A stretch of 64,000 nt of DNA from the human T2T-CHM13v2.0 reference genome, Homo sapiens. The number at the start of each line of letters is the position of its first letter. Positions within the stretch are counted from its first letter, which is position 1. Below, in pieces: positions 14,986-29,199 of this stretch. The translations under genes and the position numbers were made by a program. The stretch lies in assembly GCF_009914755.1 (NCBI RefSeq), contig NC_060925.1. One strand, given 5' to 3'. The notes beneath the pieces were generated by a model that made no database searches, had not been told where the DNA came from, and was given only the letters and a program-made list of their open reading frames with translations.

Positions 14986-16232
14986 GTGAGGTGGTGTCTG
15001 GGGAATGGGGACGAGGGGGAATGGAGAAAGGGCACCCAACCACCTAGTTGAGGTATTAGTTCAGCCTGGCATGTCTGCAGCCACATTCTTTGCCTGACTC
15101 CCAGCCTGCTGCAAGAGGGCCCTCCTTTCGTAATTCCTGGGGAAGGAACTGGAGTTCTTTCCCTTGGGTGGCTGCTTGAGGGGAGTAGCATGAATGGAGG
15201 CGAAGTCAAGCAATCAGCCAATTAGCATTTATGCATCCAGGATAAAACTACTGTTACACAGGAGAGAAGCAGGAAAGAATGCCTTGACCCCATTGCTCAG
15301 GGTGGCACGTGGGACTGCTTTTGAGTAATCCCTCAGTCTAAGACCCATACCACAGAATCCTAGAGCCAGGTGGGACTCCAACAGGTCACCTTCTCCATCC
15401 CTCCCTGCTCCATCCCAGGAAGATTACAGTCTCTGTTAAAACTCTGCACAGTGGAAAAACTCCATAGTATCCCTGGGTAAGTCCTTACAGCACCATCTAA
15501 CGCTTATAGTTGCGGAAGCCTCCTTTAGCATCTAACCTAAATCCATCCTGCTATAAAGAAAGCAAAAAAGAAAATTCTCTTTCTCTTTGGTGCAATTCAA
15601 CTTGAGACATTTAGAGTGAGGAAGTCCCTTCGCTTGCATATAAAATGCTAACAGGCCACAGAAGGTGGCAAGCAGCATGCTACTTAGGCAAGGATGGGAT
15701 TCTTCAGAATGAACAGAAAGTGATGAACAGTTTGCTTCTTCTATTTCGTTCCACCTCCGTTTTCCAGTTTTCCAGCTTTCTCTGGCCCAGGACCCTTGCC
15801 TTCTCCCTTTACCCTCTCTAAAGCCTATAGAGTGATTGCCTGGCCTTGCCCAGCCCGAGTTTTCAGTGCTTGGTGACAACAGCACGCCCTCTAGTGCCAG
15901 CTTGGGGCCAGAGCACTAACCCAACCTGGAGGAAGCAGGTGCTGCTTCTGACTTGGAAAAACACACATGCTGCATTCACAATGCCATGGAAATTTCACCT
16001 CTGAAAACCAGTAATCAGCAGGGATGAGGTAAAAGAGGAAGTTCCAAAAGACAAAGTCCAACTCGAGCTTGCTTCTAAAATAACTCACACCAAATGGTCA
16101 AATAATTATGGTACATTTTATGGTACATAAAATATGTTTTGAGTAATATAAAAATATTTCTCTGGGAAAAAATTTGGGAAAGTCTGCTTGATAAAAATGT
16201 GACTTAAAGAGAACGAGAAACGCATATACAGT

Positions 16233-16660
16233 TGTCTTAGTCCGCTTCGTGTTGCTATAACAGAATACCTAAGGCTAGGTAATTTATAAAGGAAAGAGAT
16301 TTGTTTGACTCACAATTCTGGTGGCTGGGAGGTTCAAGATTGGACAGCTGCATGTGATGAGGGCCTCAGGCTGCTTCAACTTGTGATGGAAAGCAGAAGG
16401 GGAGTGGGTATGTGCAAATAGATCACAGGGTGAAAGAGAAGCCAGACTCCCTTTAACAACCCACTCCTAGGGAACTAATCCATTCCCTGGATTGATTGAG
16501 AACTCACTCACCCTCACAGAAGGACATTAATCTGTTCCTGAGGGATCTGTCCCCATGACCCAGACACCTCCCACTAGGCCCCACCTCCAACATTCCCACA
16601 TTGGGGGATTCCATTTCAGCATGAGTTTTGGTGCAGACAAACCATATCCAAATGATAGCA
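16233..16660 (+). mobile_element. ERVL-MaLR solo LTR (MST/MLT1A-like)
   Basis: TG...CA ends, 5-bp TSD ACAGT, tgctataacagaatacc..ggtaatttataaag signature. Confidence 0.85.
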
Positions 16661-17384
16661 ACAGTAAAATCTTAATTTAGCTTGAAAACCTATATGTATG
16701 TATGTATTTTTTAAAGACTGGACGGAAGCATACCAAAATAATGAGTTATCTCTGAGAGGTGAAGTCTCATGTCATTTTAATTTTTTCATGTTATATTTTC
16801 AAATTTTCTACAGTTATCACCTATTATGTTTGGTAATAAGAAAAAAAAGGTTTAAAAATAGCTCCCACAAAAGCCTCTCAAATTCCCAAGCTACCAAGAA
16901 ACACATTGAAGAACAAGAGTGGAAAGCCAAAGAAAATGAAGAAATAATATTTCCAAAGTTACAAGGTGATTTAGGAACAGACTTTGGAGAGAGGGATGGA
17001 AAACACCAGGATCTCACGCATCTCGTGTGGACCTAGGTTGGAAAACCCCAGAAGTCATCTGTATTTTGATTTACTGTACTTGAGACAATTTACCTCCGAA
17101 ATACTGATTGACTGACAAGTATTCAATGTGGTCTGTACCCCTCTCACAGAGCAAGGGAGAGCCAGCCTGGTATAATATTTGGTCAGGACTCTCCCACAGT
17201 GGAGGACTTAGTGGATCACTGGGGACTGACTGAGAGAAACAGAGCCTCAGGCATAGACTGGTTACTGTCTGGGCAGTCCCTCATGCCTCTGTCCCTACCC
17301 ACCATAGCTCCCAATTCTGATACCCTCTCCACTCCTTGATGGCAGCCTGTCCTTCCTTTCTTTCCAGTGCTGTCCTTCACTTAA

Positions 17385-17987
<603 letters not shown>

Positions 17988-18056
17988 TGACCTTGGTCCT
18001 GAAGACCTGGTCCCACCATCCTCTGGCCCAGGGTTAATGTCTGATCTCTCCTACAG

Positions 18057-19312
18057 GCCCCTTCAAGCCCTGTGAGTACCTCTTTGAAAGCTGGGGCATC
18101 CGCCTGGCCGTGTGGGCCATCGTGTTGCTCTCCGTGCTCTGCAATGGACTGGTGCTGCTGACCGTGTTCGCTGGCGGGCCTGCCCCCCTGCCCCCGGTCA
18201 AGTTTGTGGTAGGTGCGATTGCAGGCGCCAACACCTTGACTGGCATTTCCTGTGGCCTTCTAGCCTCAGTCGATGCCCTGACCTTTGGTCAGTTCTCTGA
18301 GTACGGAGCCCGCTGGGAGACGGGGCTAGGCTGCCGGGCCACTGGCTTCCTGGCAGTACTTGGGTCGGAGGCATCGGTGCTGCTGCTCACTCTGGCCGCA
18401 GTGCAGTGCAGCGTCTCCGTCTCCTGTGTCCGGGCCTATGGGAAGTCCCCCTCCCTGGGCAGCGTTCGAGCAGGGGTCCTAGGCTGCCTGGCACTGGCAG
18501 GGCTGGCCGCCGCACTGCCCCTGGCCTCAGTGGGAGAATACGGGGCCTCCCCACTCTGCCTGCCCTACGCGCCACCTGAGGGTCAGCCAGCAGCCCTGGG
18601 CTTCACCGTGGCCCTGGTGATGATGAACTCCTTCTGTTTCCTGGTCGTGGCCGGTGCCTACATCAAACTGTACTGTGACCTGCCGCGGGGCGACTTTGAG
18701 GCCGTGTGGGACTGCGCCATGGTGAGGCACGTGGCCTGGCTCATCTTCGCAGACGGGCTCCTCTACTGTCCCGTGGCCTTCCTCAGCTTCGCCTCCATGC
18801 TGGGCCTCTTCCCTGTCACGCCCGAGGCCGTCAAGTCTGTCCTGCTGGTGGTGCTGCCCCTGCCTGCCTGCCTCAACCCACTGCTGTACCTGCTCTTCAA
18901 CCCCCACTTCCGGGATGACCTTCGGCGGCTTCGGCCCCGCGCAGGGGACTCAGGGCCCCTAGCCTATGCTGCGGCCGGGGAGCTGGAGAAGAGCTCCTGT
19001 GATTCTACCCAGGCCCTGGTAGCCTTCTCTGATGTGGATCTCATTCTGGAAGCTTCTGAAGCTGGGCGGCCCCCTGGGCTGGAGACCTATGGCTTCCCCT
19101 CAGTGACCCTCATCTCCTGTCAGCAGCCAGGGGCCCCCAGGCTGGAGGGCAGCCATTGTGTAGAGCCAGAGGGGAACCACTTTGGGAACCCCCAACCCTC
19201 CATGGATGGAGAACTGCTGCTGAGGGCAGAGGGATCTACGCCAGCAGGTGGAGGCTTGTCAGGGGGTGGCGGCTTTCAGCCCTCTGGCTTGGCCTTTGCT
19301 TCACACGTGTAA
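18057..19312 (+). CDS. LGR6: LGR6 terminal exon CDS: PFKPCEYL, seven TM helices (NPLLY in TM7), C-tail with SCDSTQALV, stop TAA
   Basis: ctcctacag| acceptor; 400-aa ORF 18110-19312 of rhodopsin-like LGR type. Confidence 0.98.
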
Positions 19313-19868
19313 ATATCCCTCCCCATTCTTCTCTTCCCCTCTCTTCCCTTTCCTCTCTCCCCCTCGGTGAATGATGGCTGCTTCTAAAACAAATACAACC
19401 AAAACTCAGCAGTGTGATCTATAGCAGGATGGCCCAGTACCTGGCTCCACTGATCACCTCTCTCCTGTGACCATCACCAACGGGTGCCTCTTGGCCTGGC
19501 TTTCCCTTGGCCTTCCTCAGCTTCACCTTGATACTGGGCCTCTTCCTTGTCATGTCTGAAGCTGTGGACCAGAGACCTGGACTTTTGTCTGCTTAAGGGA
19601 AATGAGGGAAGTAAAGACAGTGAAGGGGTGGAGGGTTGATCAGGGCACAGTGGACAGGGAGACCTCACAGAGAAAGGCCTGGAAGGTGATTTCCCGTGTG
19701 ACTCATGGATAGGATACAAAATGTGTTCCATGTACCATTAATCTTGACATATGCCATGCATAAAGACTTCCTATTAAAATAAGCTTTGGAAGAGATTACA
19801 CATGATGTCTTTTTCTTAGAGATTCACAGTGCATGTTAGTGTAATAAAGAGATAAGTCCTACAGTAGT
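19313..19868 (+). other. LGR6: LGR6 3' UTR (3' end approximate)
   Basis: Follows stop codon; ATTAAA 19773-19778 and AATAAA 19843-19848. Confidence 0.75.
19843..19848 (+). terminator. LGR6: LGR6 polyadenylation signal AATAAA
   Basis: Canonical hexamer with U/GU-rich sequence downstream (ctttgttt). Confidence 0.7.
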
Positions 19869-21776
19869 AAAATCTATTGAACTTTGTTTACCCAGTTCCC
19901 TGAATTATTTGGTAACAGGTTTTTGTCTGCTTATTTGGTTTTCCTGGAATATCTATTAACATGACAGAACTTAGCACTGTTCTCTCCCAGGGAGCTCATC
20001 TCTGTACCACCTAGTGCTACCGAGTGACATCACAAAATGCCACCACTTCCTGAAAGCCCCGATCCTAGAATGAACTGCCAGAGGTAATTGATGACTCCAT
20101 CCACCAGTAGAGACACTCAGCACTTTACCTCCCACCTCTCTTATCCTATGCTGGGAAGGATGAGGAGAAGCCTGCCGTTGTGGTTCCAGACTCAGACCCC
20201 TGAGTTGGGGCAGGGAGAAAGGGATCCCTGTGTGTTCTCTCACCACCCTGCCATCAACCCCAGCAAGCCCAAGCACCAGTGAAAGTTTGTCTGCTGCAAG
20301 AGGGATAGTAGGGTTCCTGGGTCCTGGCAGGGCTGTCTGGATTCCCTCTGGCTCTTTGTTGCCTTCTTATGCTTCTCCACCAGATGCCCCTGCCACCTCC
20401 TGTCACAAGCCAGGTCCTGCCTACTCTTTGGGACAAGGAGGCCTTAGCCAGAAAACAGGAGAGATTTGAATTGTAGATATTGAATTTTAGGAAATTGTAG
20501 TTTTCTGGGACCCTGGGTGTCTCAGATAGGCCGCTGACCCTTCTGCCTCTCCCCTCATGACCTTTCTACCTGTGGTTTACCAAGTGTCTCTGAGCATTTC
20601 CAGAATGCCCCCCTCACCCAGCCCCAAACACACACATATTCAATCTGAGAGTGAGGCGGTAAGAGCTGGGGCATCCTTCCAGACATTAAAGGTAATTCTT
20701 GGAGACATAAAAAGAGAATCCAAGACTCAGCAAAGGGCAAGACTTGCTCTAGAGTACCCCAACATCAGTCACATCTACAAGACAGGAGTCTAGAATTCTG
20801 AGACCAGATGGAAAACAATCTTCTTCCTGAATTCTGGCAGGTCCTCAGCCAGGCCCTATCCCCAGGGGCTCCACTATTAAAACAACAAACCTGAGGAAAA
20901 CCCTTCTTCTAATTTTGTAGTTCAAGTTTCTGCAGCTTAGCTTCTCTGCTATCTCCCTGCTGTCCCCAATGCCTAGTGGAAATTCTGACACAGGACAAAA
21001 AGGCTGCCTAGGCTGAGGTAGGTAGGGTAGCTCCATGGGTGAAACTTGCTACATTTCTAAATCTTATCTGACTAATTGCCTGGTCTCTTATAGGCTCTGA
21101 AGCAGAATGCGCTGACCTTGTAATCCCAGAAGAATCTTAGGGTCCTACCATGAGGCCAGCCTCGCTGTAGGTACTCGCTAATGATGGCAGGTGTATTTAT
21201 CAGTTGTTTATTTGAGAACCCTGCTCTCCCAATTTCCCCAGGGCTGATCAAGAGCCCTTAAAGGAAGGAGTTTGCTCTACTTTGGATACTGAGAATTGGT
21301 GACTCTTATCAGGGAAAGGAGTTCTTTGCTTCAGGGATGACAAAACTTGTACAATTTTTGGGAGCCTTGACTTGTAAAAAGTCACCCCAGATCCCTTCTC
21401 ACTTCTTGCCCACGCCATGTGATCATTGTTCCCCTTGGAGTTAGGGAGTCTGTGTTGAGGTGGAGCACAGTGACCATGTGTTAGAGGTTTAGGAGTTACA
21501 GGAACTGCTCCCTACAGGTGGCCTCTTCTATGAAAAGGGGACCGATGATTTTTGGCTGCAAGCTGAAGGGTAGCACCACTGTCACCTTATCACCTGCTTC
21601 TAAAGATCCAGACGTCTGCTGGCCAGAGGAGCATCTGCTGAACCTTCTCATTAGAGGAAAGGTGTGGAGGAAGGGAGTGGAGGTGTTTGCCATGAACTAT
21701 TTTCATTATTCAGAAAGTCTGGTCGATGTACACTTACCCGAAATAAAGCTGAGCAGTACAGTTTCTTTGTTTTTTG

Positions 21777-21845
21777 ATTTTGACTGAATTTCTAGCAAGT
21801 CAGTATGTTATTTTGACTGAATTTCTAGCAAGTCAGTATGTTATT
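21777..21845. repeat. 33-bp perfect tandem duplication
   Basis: ATTTTGACTGAATTTCTAGCAAGTCAGTATGTT x2. Confidence 0.95.
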
Positions 21846-22986
21846 CCTTTGGTTATCTTCATTATGATCCACAGAAGATTATGTATGTCTTTGATCACAA
21901 AATCAAAAAACAAATTATTCATTGCATGTAAATGCATTTTGTTGGGTTGGCAAAATCTTCCAAAATGGTATCCATGGGGAAGAATCTGTCCAAGAGGGCT
22001 GTAGTGGTGGCAACGCTGAGAACTGCTGACTGGGTGTGTGTTGCCCTGTGCTCTGTGTGCAGTGCATTGGCAACTGGTGCCAACCACAATCTCATCTCAG
22101 ACCGATTTGTGGAAGAGAACCTCTTATGGCAGAAATGGTTTTTATAAGCAACTTTGAACATACCAATGGTGAAATCCAAAAAACGCAGAGCTGAGATTTG
22201 AAGACTATGGATGAACAGAGCCCCTAGCTGGGACTTCTCCTTGCTTTCCTCTCTCCTCCTCTAGCCTCCAATATCTTTCTAGTTTCCCTTTCCAGGAAGA
22301 ATAAAAGGTCTAAAGAGTAGGAGAAAGGAAAAAGGAAGAGCTGACAATAAATAGGCCTGAGTGACAATAACGGGAAGTTGCTAGAATGCTTTTTTGTTTG
22401 TTCTTCTATGTTTTCTTTAAATTTTTTTACCTTTTTTAAGCATTTTTATTTATTTTTTATTTTTTTATTTCTTATTTCATAAACCAACATCAGAACTACA
22501 GTAGCTAGAACCCTTGATCCCGTCTGGTACCATCTAACTACCTCTGCTCTGCTTTATAGCAAGCTCTCCCAACCCCCACCCACCCACCACCCACCACCCC
22601 CCACCTCGCACCCCGCCCCCCACATCACTTCTGGGTTTCAGTTCCATGCTCTCTCCAGTTGCTTGAAGTATAAGGATTGTCAAGATGTAAATATTTGGAT
22701 TCTTCTGTATAATAAAGCACAAGTGAAGTACGATGTGTGTCCCTCAACTCCTTTCTGCTGCCTCTGGTGGAGCCATGGAAGTGGCCAGAGGTATTTGAGA
22801 GAGGAGTGATCAGTGGCAAGGCTCTTCCTTAACCTGTCTTCTGAGTTCTGGGGCACCTAGGGCACAGCCAAGGAGGCTCAGAGTTGAAGTTTGGAGGCAT
22901 CAGAATCCATTCCACTCACCTATATCAAAGTGCCCTTTGTGTGCTTGCCAGTGGATTAGACATAGAAAAATCTAAAGAAAGCAGTG

Positions 22987-23368
<382 letters not shown>

Positions 23369-24079
23369 TCAGACCCAACCCTTAATGCTGGGGTTTCCTG
23401 ATAATGTGAACCCCAAAGAATCAGCTTGCTTTCCTGGCCTTGAGTGCACTCTCTCACTCACTCTCTGCCTTGGGAATCTTTACCCCCCTGTCCCTGGCCC
23501 AGCCTTGCTTCAGAGTGGGATGATGCCCTCAAGACAACCAGGTAGCCCCTTCTCAGGGGAGGGAAGATGGAGTTCAACAAAACTTGCAATCATGGGGCCA
23601 AGGTGCTAGCCCCAGAATGGTATTAGGGCTTTACTGATCTAATGCCTGACTCCCTTCTGAGTGGAAAACTGGTGCCTTCATGAGTACCTGCCCTCCACTC
23701 TTGAAAACAGAGTATTTCAAACCCTCCATCTTTCTGGCTCAACTACAGGGAAGACCATTTCTTCAGCTGTTCTTCTTAGACTGGATTAAGAGACAGAAAC
23801 TCAGGAGTTAACTCAAGTAAGTACGTGTTTCTTGAGAGGATCCATGTGAAGCAATAAGAGAGGCAGAATCTCAGCAAATAGATCCAAGGCCAAAAAGAAC
23901 AGTAAGACTGGGCCTTGTGGTACCTGAAACTAGAGGCCATTCTGAATTTAGTCTGTGATTATTCCCTGTGGTGCCCACAATTAGCCGGTTCAGCTGCTCT
24001 CTGGAGGCCTGTTTTTATAGCTATCTGCTTCTCAACCACAATCAGCTGCTCCCACCCACCCCTTTTGTTTAAAAAGCTT

Positions 24080-24584
24080 TTCATAAATTTAATCTTTGAA
24101 TAATACATTCACGTGGTTCAAATAACACGTTCTTAACAAGCTTCCCTCCCATCTCCGTCCCTACTGGCTCGCTTCCCAAGCCCTCATTGGTTACCACTGT
24201 TATTAGTTTCTTATATATCCTCCCAGAGTTTTGAAAATATATATACCAGCAAGATGCATATATATGCTTATTTTTCCTTTTTACCCAAAGTAGCACACCA
24301 CAGTTCTGCTTCTGCTTTTTTAACCTGTAATATAGCTCAAAGACGTTTCCACATCAGTAAAGAAAGCATTCTAACATTTTTGAAGCAGGTTATATAGCCC
24401 ATTATGTAGATGTATCATGATTTCATCTTATTCCCCTTCTGATGGACATTTGGGTTGCTTACTCTTTTGCTCTTATAAACAATACTTTAAAAAGTAACCT
24501 TGCATGAATGCAATTCAGCACCTGTGTAAGTAAATATATCTGTAAGATAAATTCCTAGAAGTGGAATTGCTGGGTCAAAAGAAT
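24080..24584 (-). mobile_element. Old L1M fragment
   Basis: gatggacatttgggttg...cctagaagtggaattgctgggtca L1 signature. Confidence 0.7.
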
Positions 24585-25199
24585 AATTTTTCAGAGGATA
24601 CATGTGAAGCAATAAGGGAGGCAGAATAATTCTTTTGGCCTAGCAATGGGGTAAAGAAAAGGTATGATTATTTATTGCATAAATGAATTGTTTCCTTTGG
24701 CTCATAGCCTGTGTTTATGGGTAACTTCTGCTTATGTGTACCTCACTATGATCCCTGTCCTTCCTCAAGGTCTCTGGATGCATCCTTTCAGCTTTCAGTT
24801 CCTGGGGTAATTTCCTTGTTGCTTTCCTTTTTAAGTTTCCAAGGGTAATATCCTGAAAGATTGAGAAAGAACCGAACTAGCCAAATTTCCTTTTCTACGA
24901 TAGGCCAAATCATAGGTTAATGGCCAACAGGTGGGTTGATCACTCTTAGGCCAGGAACCTGTCCTGGTTCACTAAATTGTAGTGTGTGAATGGGTATGTT
25001 TGTGTGGGGTTATATTGGACAAAACATAACTGCTCAGGGCTTCCCTTGTGCAAGGGCTGTGGGCAGGGCTACTTTTCTCAGAATGGATAGTAGGCACAGC
25101 AGGAAAGTTCCATGAGAGCAGAGATCATGCTGGTCTCATTCACTGTTGTAACCTCAATCCTTTTCATGAGGTCTAGCACAAAAAAAAAAAAGGTGCTCA

Positions 25200-25540
<341 letters not shown>

Positions 25541-25637
25541 AGAAATTAATATATCCAAGTACATCCATTAGGATTCTGTTTTTCAACCCAAAGGGGCCAT
25601 CTGGCCAGAAGATGTATAACGCAGAATGGGCAGATAT

Positions 25638-25912
<275 letters not shown>

Positions 25913-26199
25913 AGAATGGGCAGATATTTATATGGTGAGATTTGAAGGCTACCAAGTTCCCGGAGCCTCTACTTTATAACAGCTTCTTCCCTGGCTACCA
26001 CAGAGGTTGAAATGCCACCATCATTGTTCCTTATTCCTTCAGGTTAGGAATAGCCCATAGCCCTTTGCCCAGGGTATCTGTTCCTTTAGAAGAAAGGAAG
26101 TGGCCACTTCCTTTCTTCTGGTAACATCAATTTGACCTTCTTCAGGCAACTACCTCCACTGCTCTCTACTGCATACCTTTCAGGTGGGGTTGACTCAAG

Positions 26200-26560
26200 G
26201 CCAGGTTCCAGAGGTGGGAATATAACCCAGACCCTATCAGCTTATTCTAATCCCTGGCCATAGTGATTGGTCCAAGGATGGGCTTACATCTCAAATCCTT
26301 CTAATGAGACCCAACTTGAGAACTTTGCTGGTGCTGATAGGAAAGAAGTACTCTTTCACTGGAGTTGCTGGACTGGTAGGAAGAAAGCTGCTGGTGTCTA
26401 TCTTGCCACTTGGAGTGAAATGAATCCTGATGGCATTATTTGAGCATCTGTACCTAGCCATGCCTGAAAGCACATTTGGGCTTCTCAGATTGTGAACCAA
26501 TACCTTTTGTTTGCTCAAGTGAGATTGTTAGATTTCTGTCACCCTCATGGAAAAGAAGCC
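26200..26560 (+). mobile_element. Ancient ERVL-type LTR fragment (LTR16/33 or MLT1-like)
   Basis: ccctggccatagtgattggtcc..ggatggg motif; a related motif is near 30350. Confidence 0.45.
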
Positions 26561-26679
26561 AGATAGGCTTCTCCCTCTGCATTGCTCTCTACCTACGGCC
26601 CAGGAGTAAACCCACTGACCTCTTTTCAACTATAGTGTGGAAGAGGGCAGTTACTGAATGAAATTAAAAAAAAAAAAGT

Positions 26680-26963
26680 AAGACAAGGTCTTGCTTTGTT
26701 GCCCAAGATGGAGTGCAGTGGCACAATCATGGCTCCCTGCAGCCTTGACCCCCCGGGCTCAAGCAATCCTCCCACCTCAGCCTCTTGAGTAGCTGGGACT
26801 ACAGGCATACACCATGAAACTCAGCTAATTTTTTAATTTTTAGTAGAGACGGGGGTCTCACGATGTTACCTAGGCTGCTCTCAAACTCCTGAACGCAAGC
26901 AATCCTTCCGTTTCGGCCTCCTGGAGTCCTGGGATTACAGACAAGAGCCACCATGCATGGCCT
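26680..26963 (-). mobile_element. AluJ
   Basis: gcagccttgacc, ggctcaagcaatcctcc J-type features. Confidence 0.88.
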
Positions 26964-27333
26964 GAATAGGAATTTCAATGAGCAAAAGTATGTGATAAGA
27001 CAGAAGTACTGTCAGGATGAGTTAACAGGTAGAGACTGTGGGCCTGGGTGGAAGATCCTTAGCAGGTTAGCAGGGAACCTACGGCAAGAGAATGCTGAAG
27101 AAGTAAAGATAATGAAAAGGGAAGATGAGAAGGAACAGACCAACCTAATTTACTTCATCACTAAACCGGAGATCCACAGGCTCTGCCCTGAGCCCCTGGA
27201 TTACACAGGAAGTTTCGGAATTGCAGAGCTGTCGAGTGTCAGCTTTGGGAGAAATCTCAGAGAGCATTCAAGCCATGCCTGCATTTTATAGAGGAGAAAA
27301 TGGAAGGGGAGAAACTTGCCCATTATCCCATAG

Positions 27334-27677
<344 letters not shown>

Positions 27678-27853
27678 GAACAGAATCCATACAGCTGACA
27701 AATATGATTCTGGAGTCATACATGCCTGGATTTGAATCCCAGACTTAGCATTAACAGCCAGTTGTCCTTAGGTTAACCTCTCTGAATCTCAGTTTCATCG
27801 TAAAATGGGGATAATCATAGTATCTAAACTCTGAAGGTTATTGAAAAAATTTA

Positions 27854-28160
<307 letters not shown>

Positions 28161-29199
28161 GATTTTTTTTTTTCATGTGAAGGGTTTAGCTTAGCGCATG
28201 GCAATAACTCCCAGGCCTAGAGACAACGTAGAGACTAAGAACTCACCCCCTAGAAAAGTTGCCTCTGATGGAAGGTTTGAGGGGAGGAACTGTCAGAGCA
28301 GACCCTTTTTTTGAAGCACAGAGTTTCAGGGCCCTGGTTAAAGGAGGAAGACAGTGGAAGGAAGGGGACACACTCTATTGGGATGTGGGATCAGGGGAAA
28401 AGGTGAGCAAGGAAAACAAGCACATGAAAGGGAAAAACCCTGTATTGGGGTGGGAGGGCAGGTAGGATGAGCGTGACATTCTGGATAAACTGTCATCCCT
28501 GATATAAACTAAGAGATGGTGAGAGGGATGGATGCTCTCTGGGGGCCATGGCAGGAGACAGGGGTGACTTGCCAAGAAGCAAGGAAAAAGTGGAATGTGT
28601 TGTTGCTGTGTGTAGCATGTCCGTGTCCATCACCCCAACCTCTCCTGGGCTTTGCTGGCAGCCCAGTGTGGTCCAGGACTGTAAGATGTCTTGCAGCCAG
28701 CCATCCCGGGGAGCAGGTTCTGAAATCATAGCCCCACACCTCTTCCTTGTCCTTCCCTCCCTTGGGTTGCCCCAACCTAAACAAGACAACCTGGGCAGGG
28801 GGGCCACACGCTGATGGAAAAATACACACTTGGCTGGAAAAGGAGCTTTATTTGTATGTGTTGAATTCCGGCAGCAGCCGAAGGATAAATAGCTAGTTCC
28901 AGCCTCAGCTGAGTCTGCCCACAAGGTGGGTGGTAAAATCTGTTCTTATTTAGATAGCTTTTGGGGAGAGGTGGAGAGGGGGGTTGGGGGCAGCAGGAGA
29001 GGGGAACTTGGAATCTGCAATGTTTATATGATCAGTCGTGGATGTCATCTCTCTTTAATCAGGGGTTTGGAGTTGAGAAAACAGCTCAGCTTGCTTATCC
29101 TAGGAACAGAGCAGATTGGCAAGTTGGCAGTGGGCAGGGCAGCTCCTTAAGACCCACCTGTGGTTGGATCGCTGTCTTCATCCCCCCAGTGCCCTTGCT

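Noticed and set aside
18527-18907. Antisense and alternate-frame ORFs in the LGR6 7TM exon
   Set aside because: Shadow ORFs caused by GC3-rich codon usage.
21919-22179. 86-aa minus ORF considered as a pseudogene or transposase relic
   Set aside because: I could not match it to any protein family; tBLASTn/HMMER would be needed.
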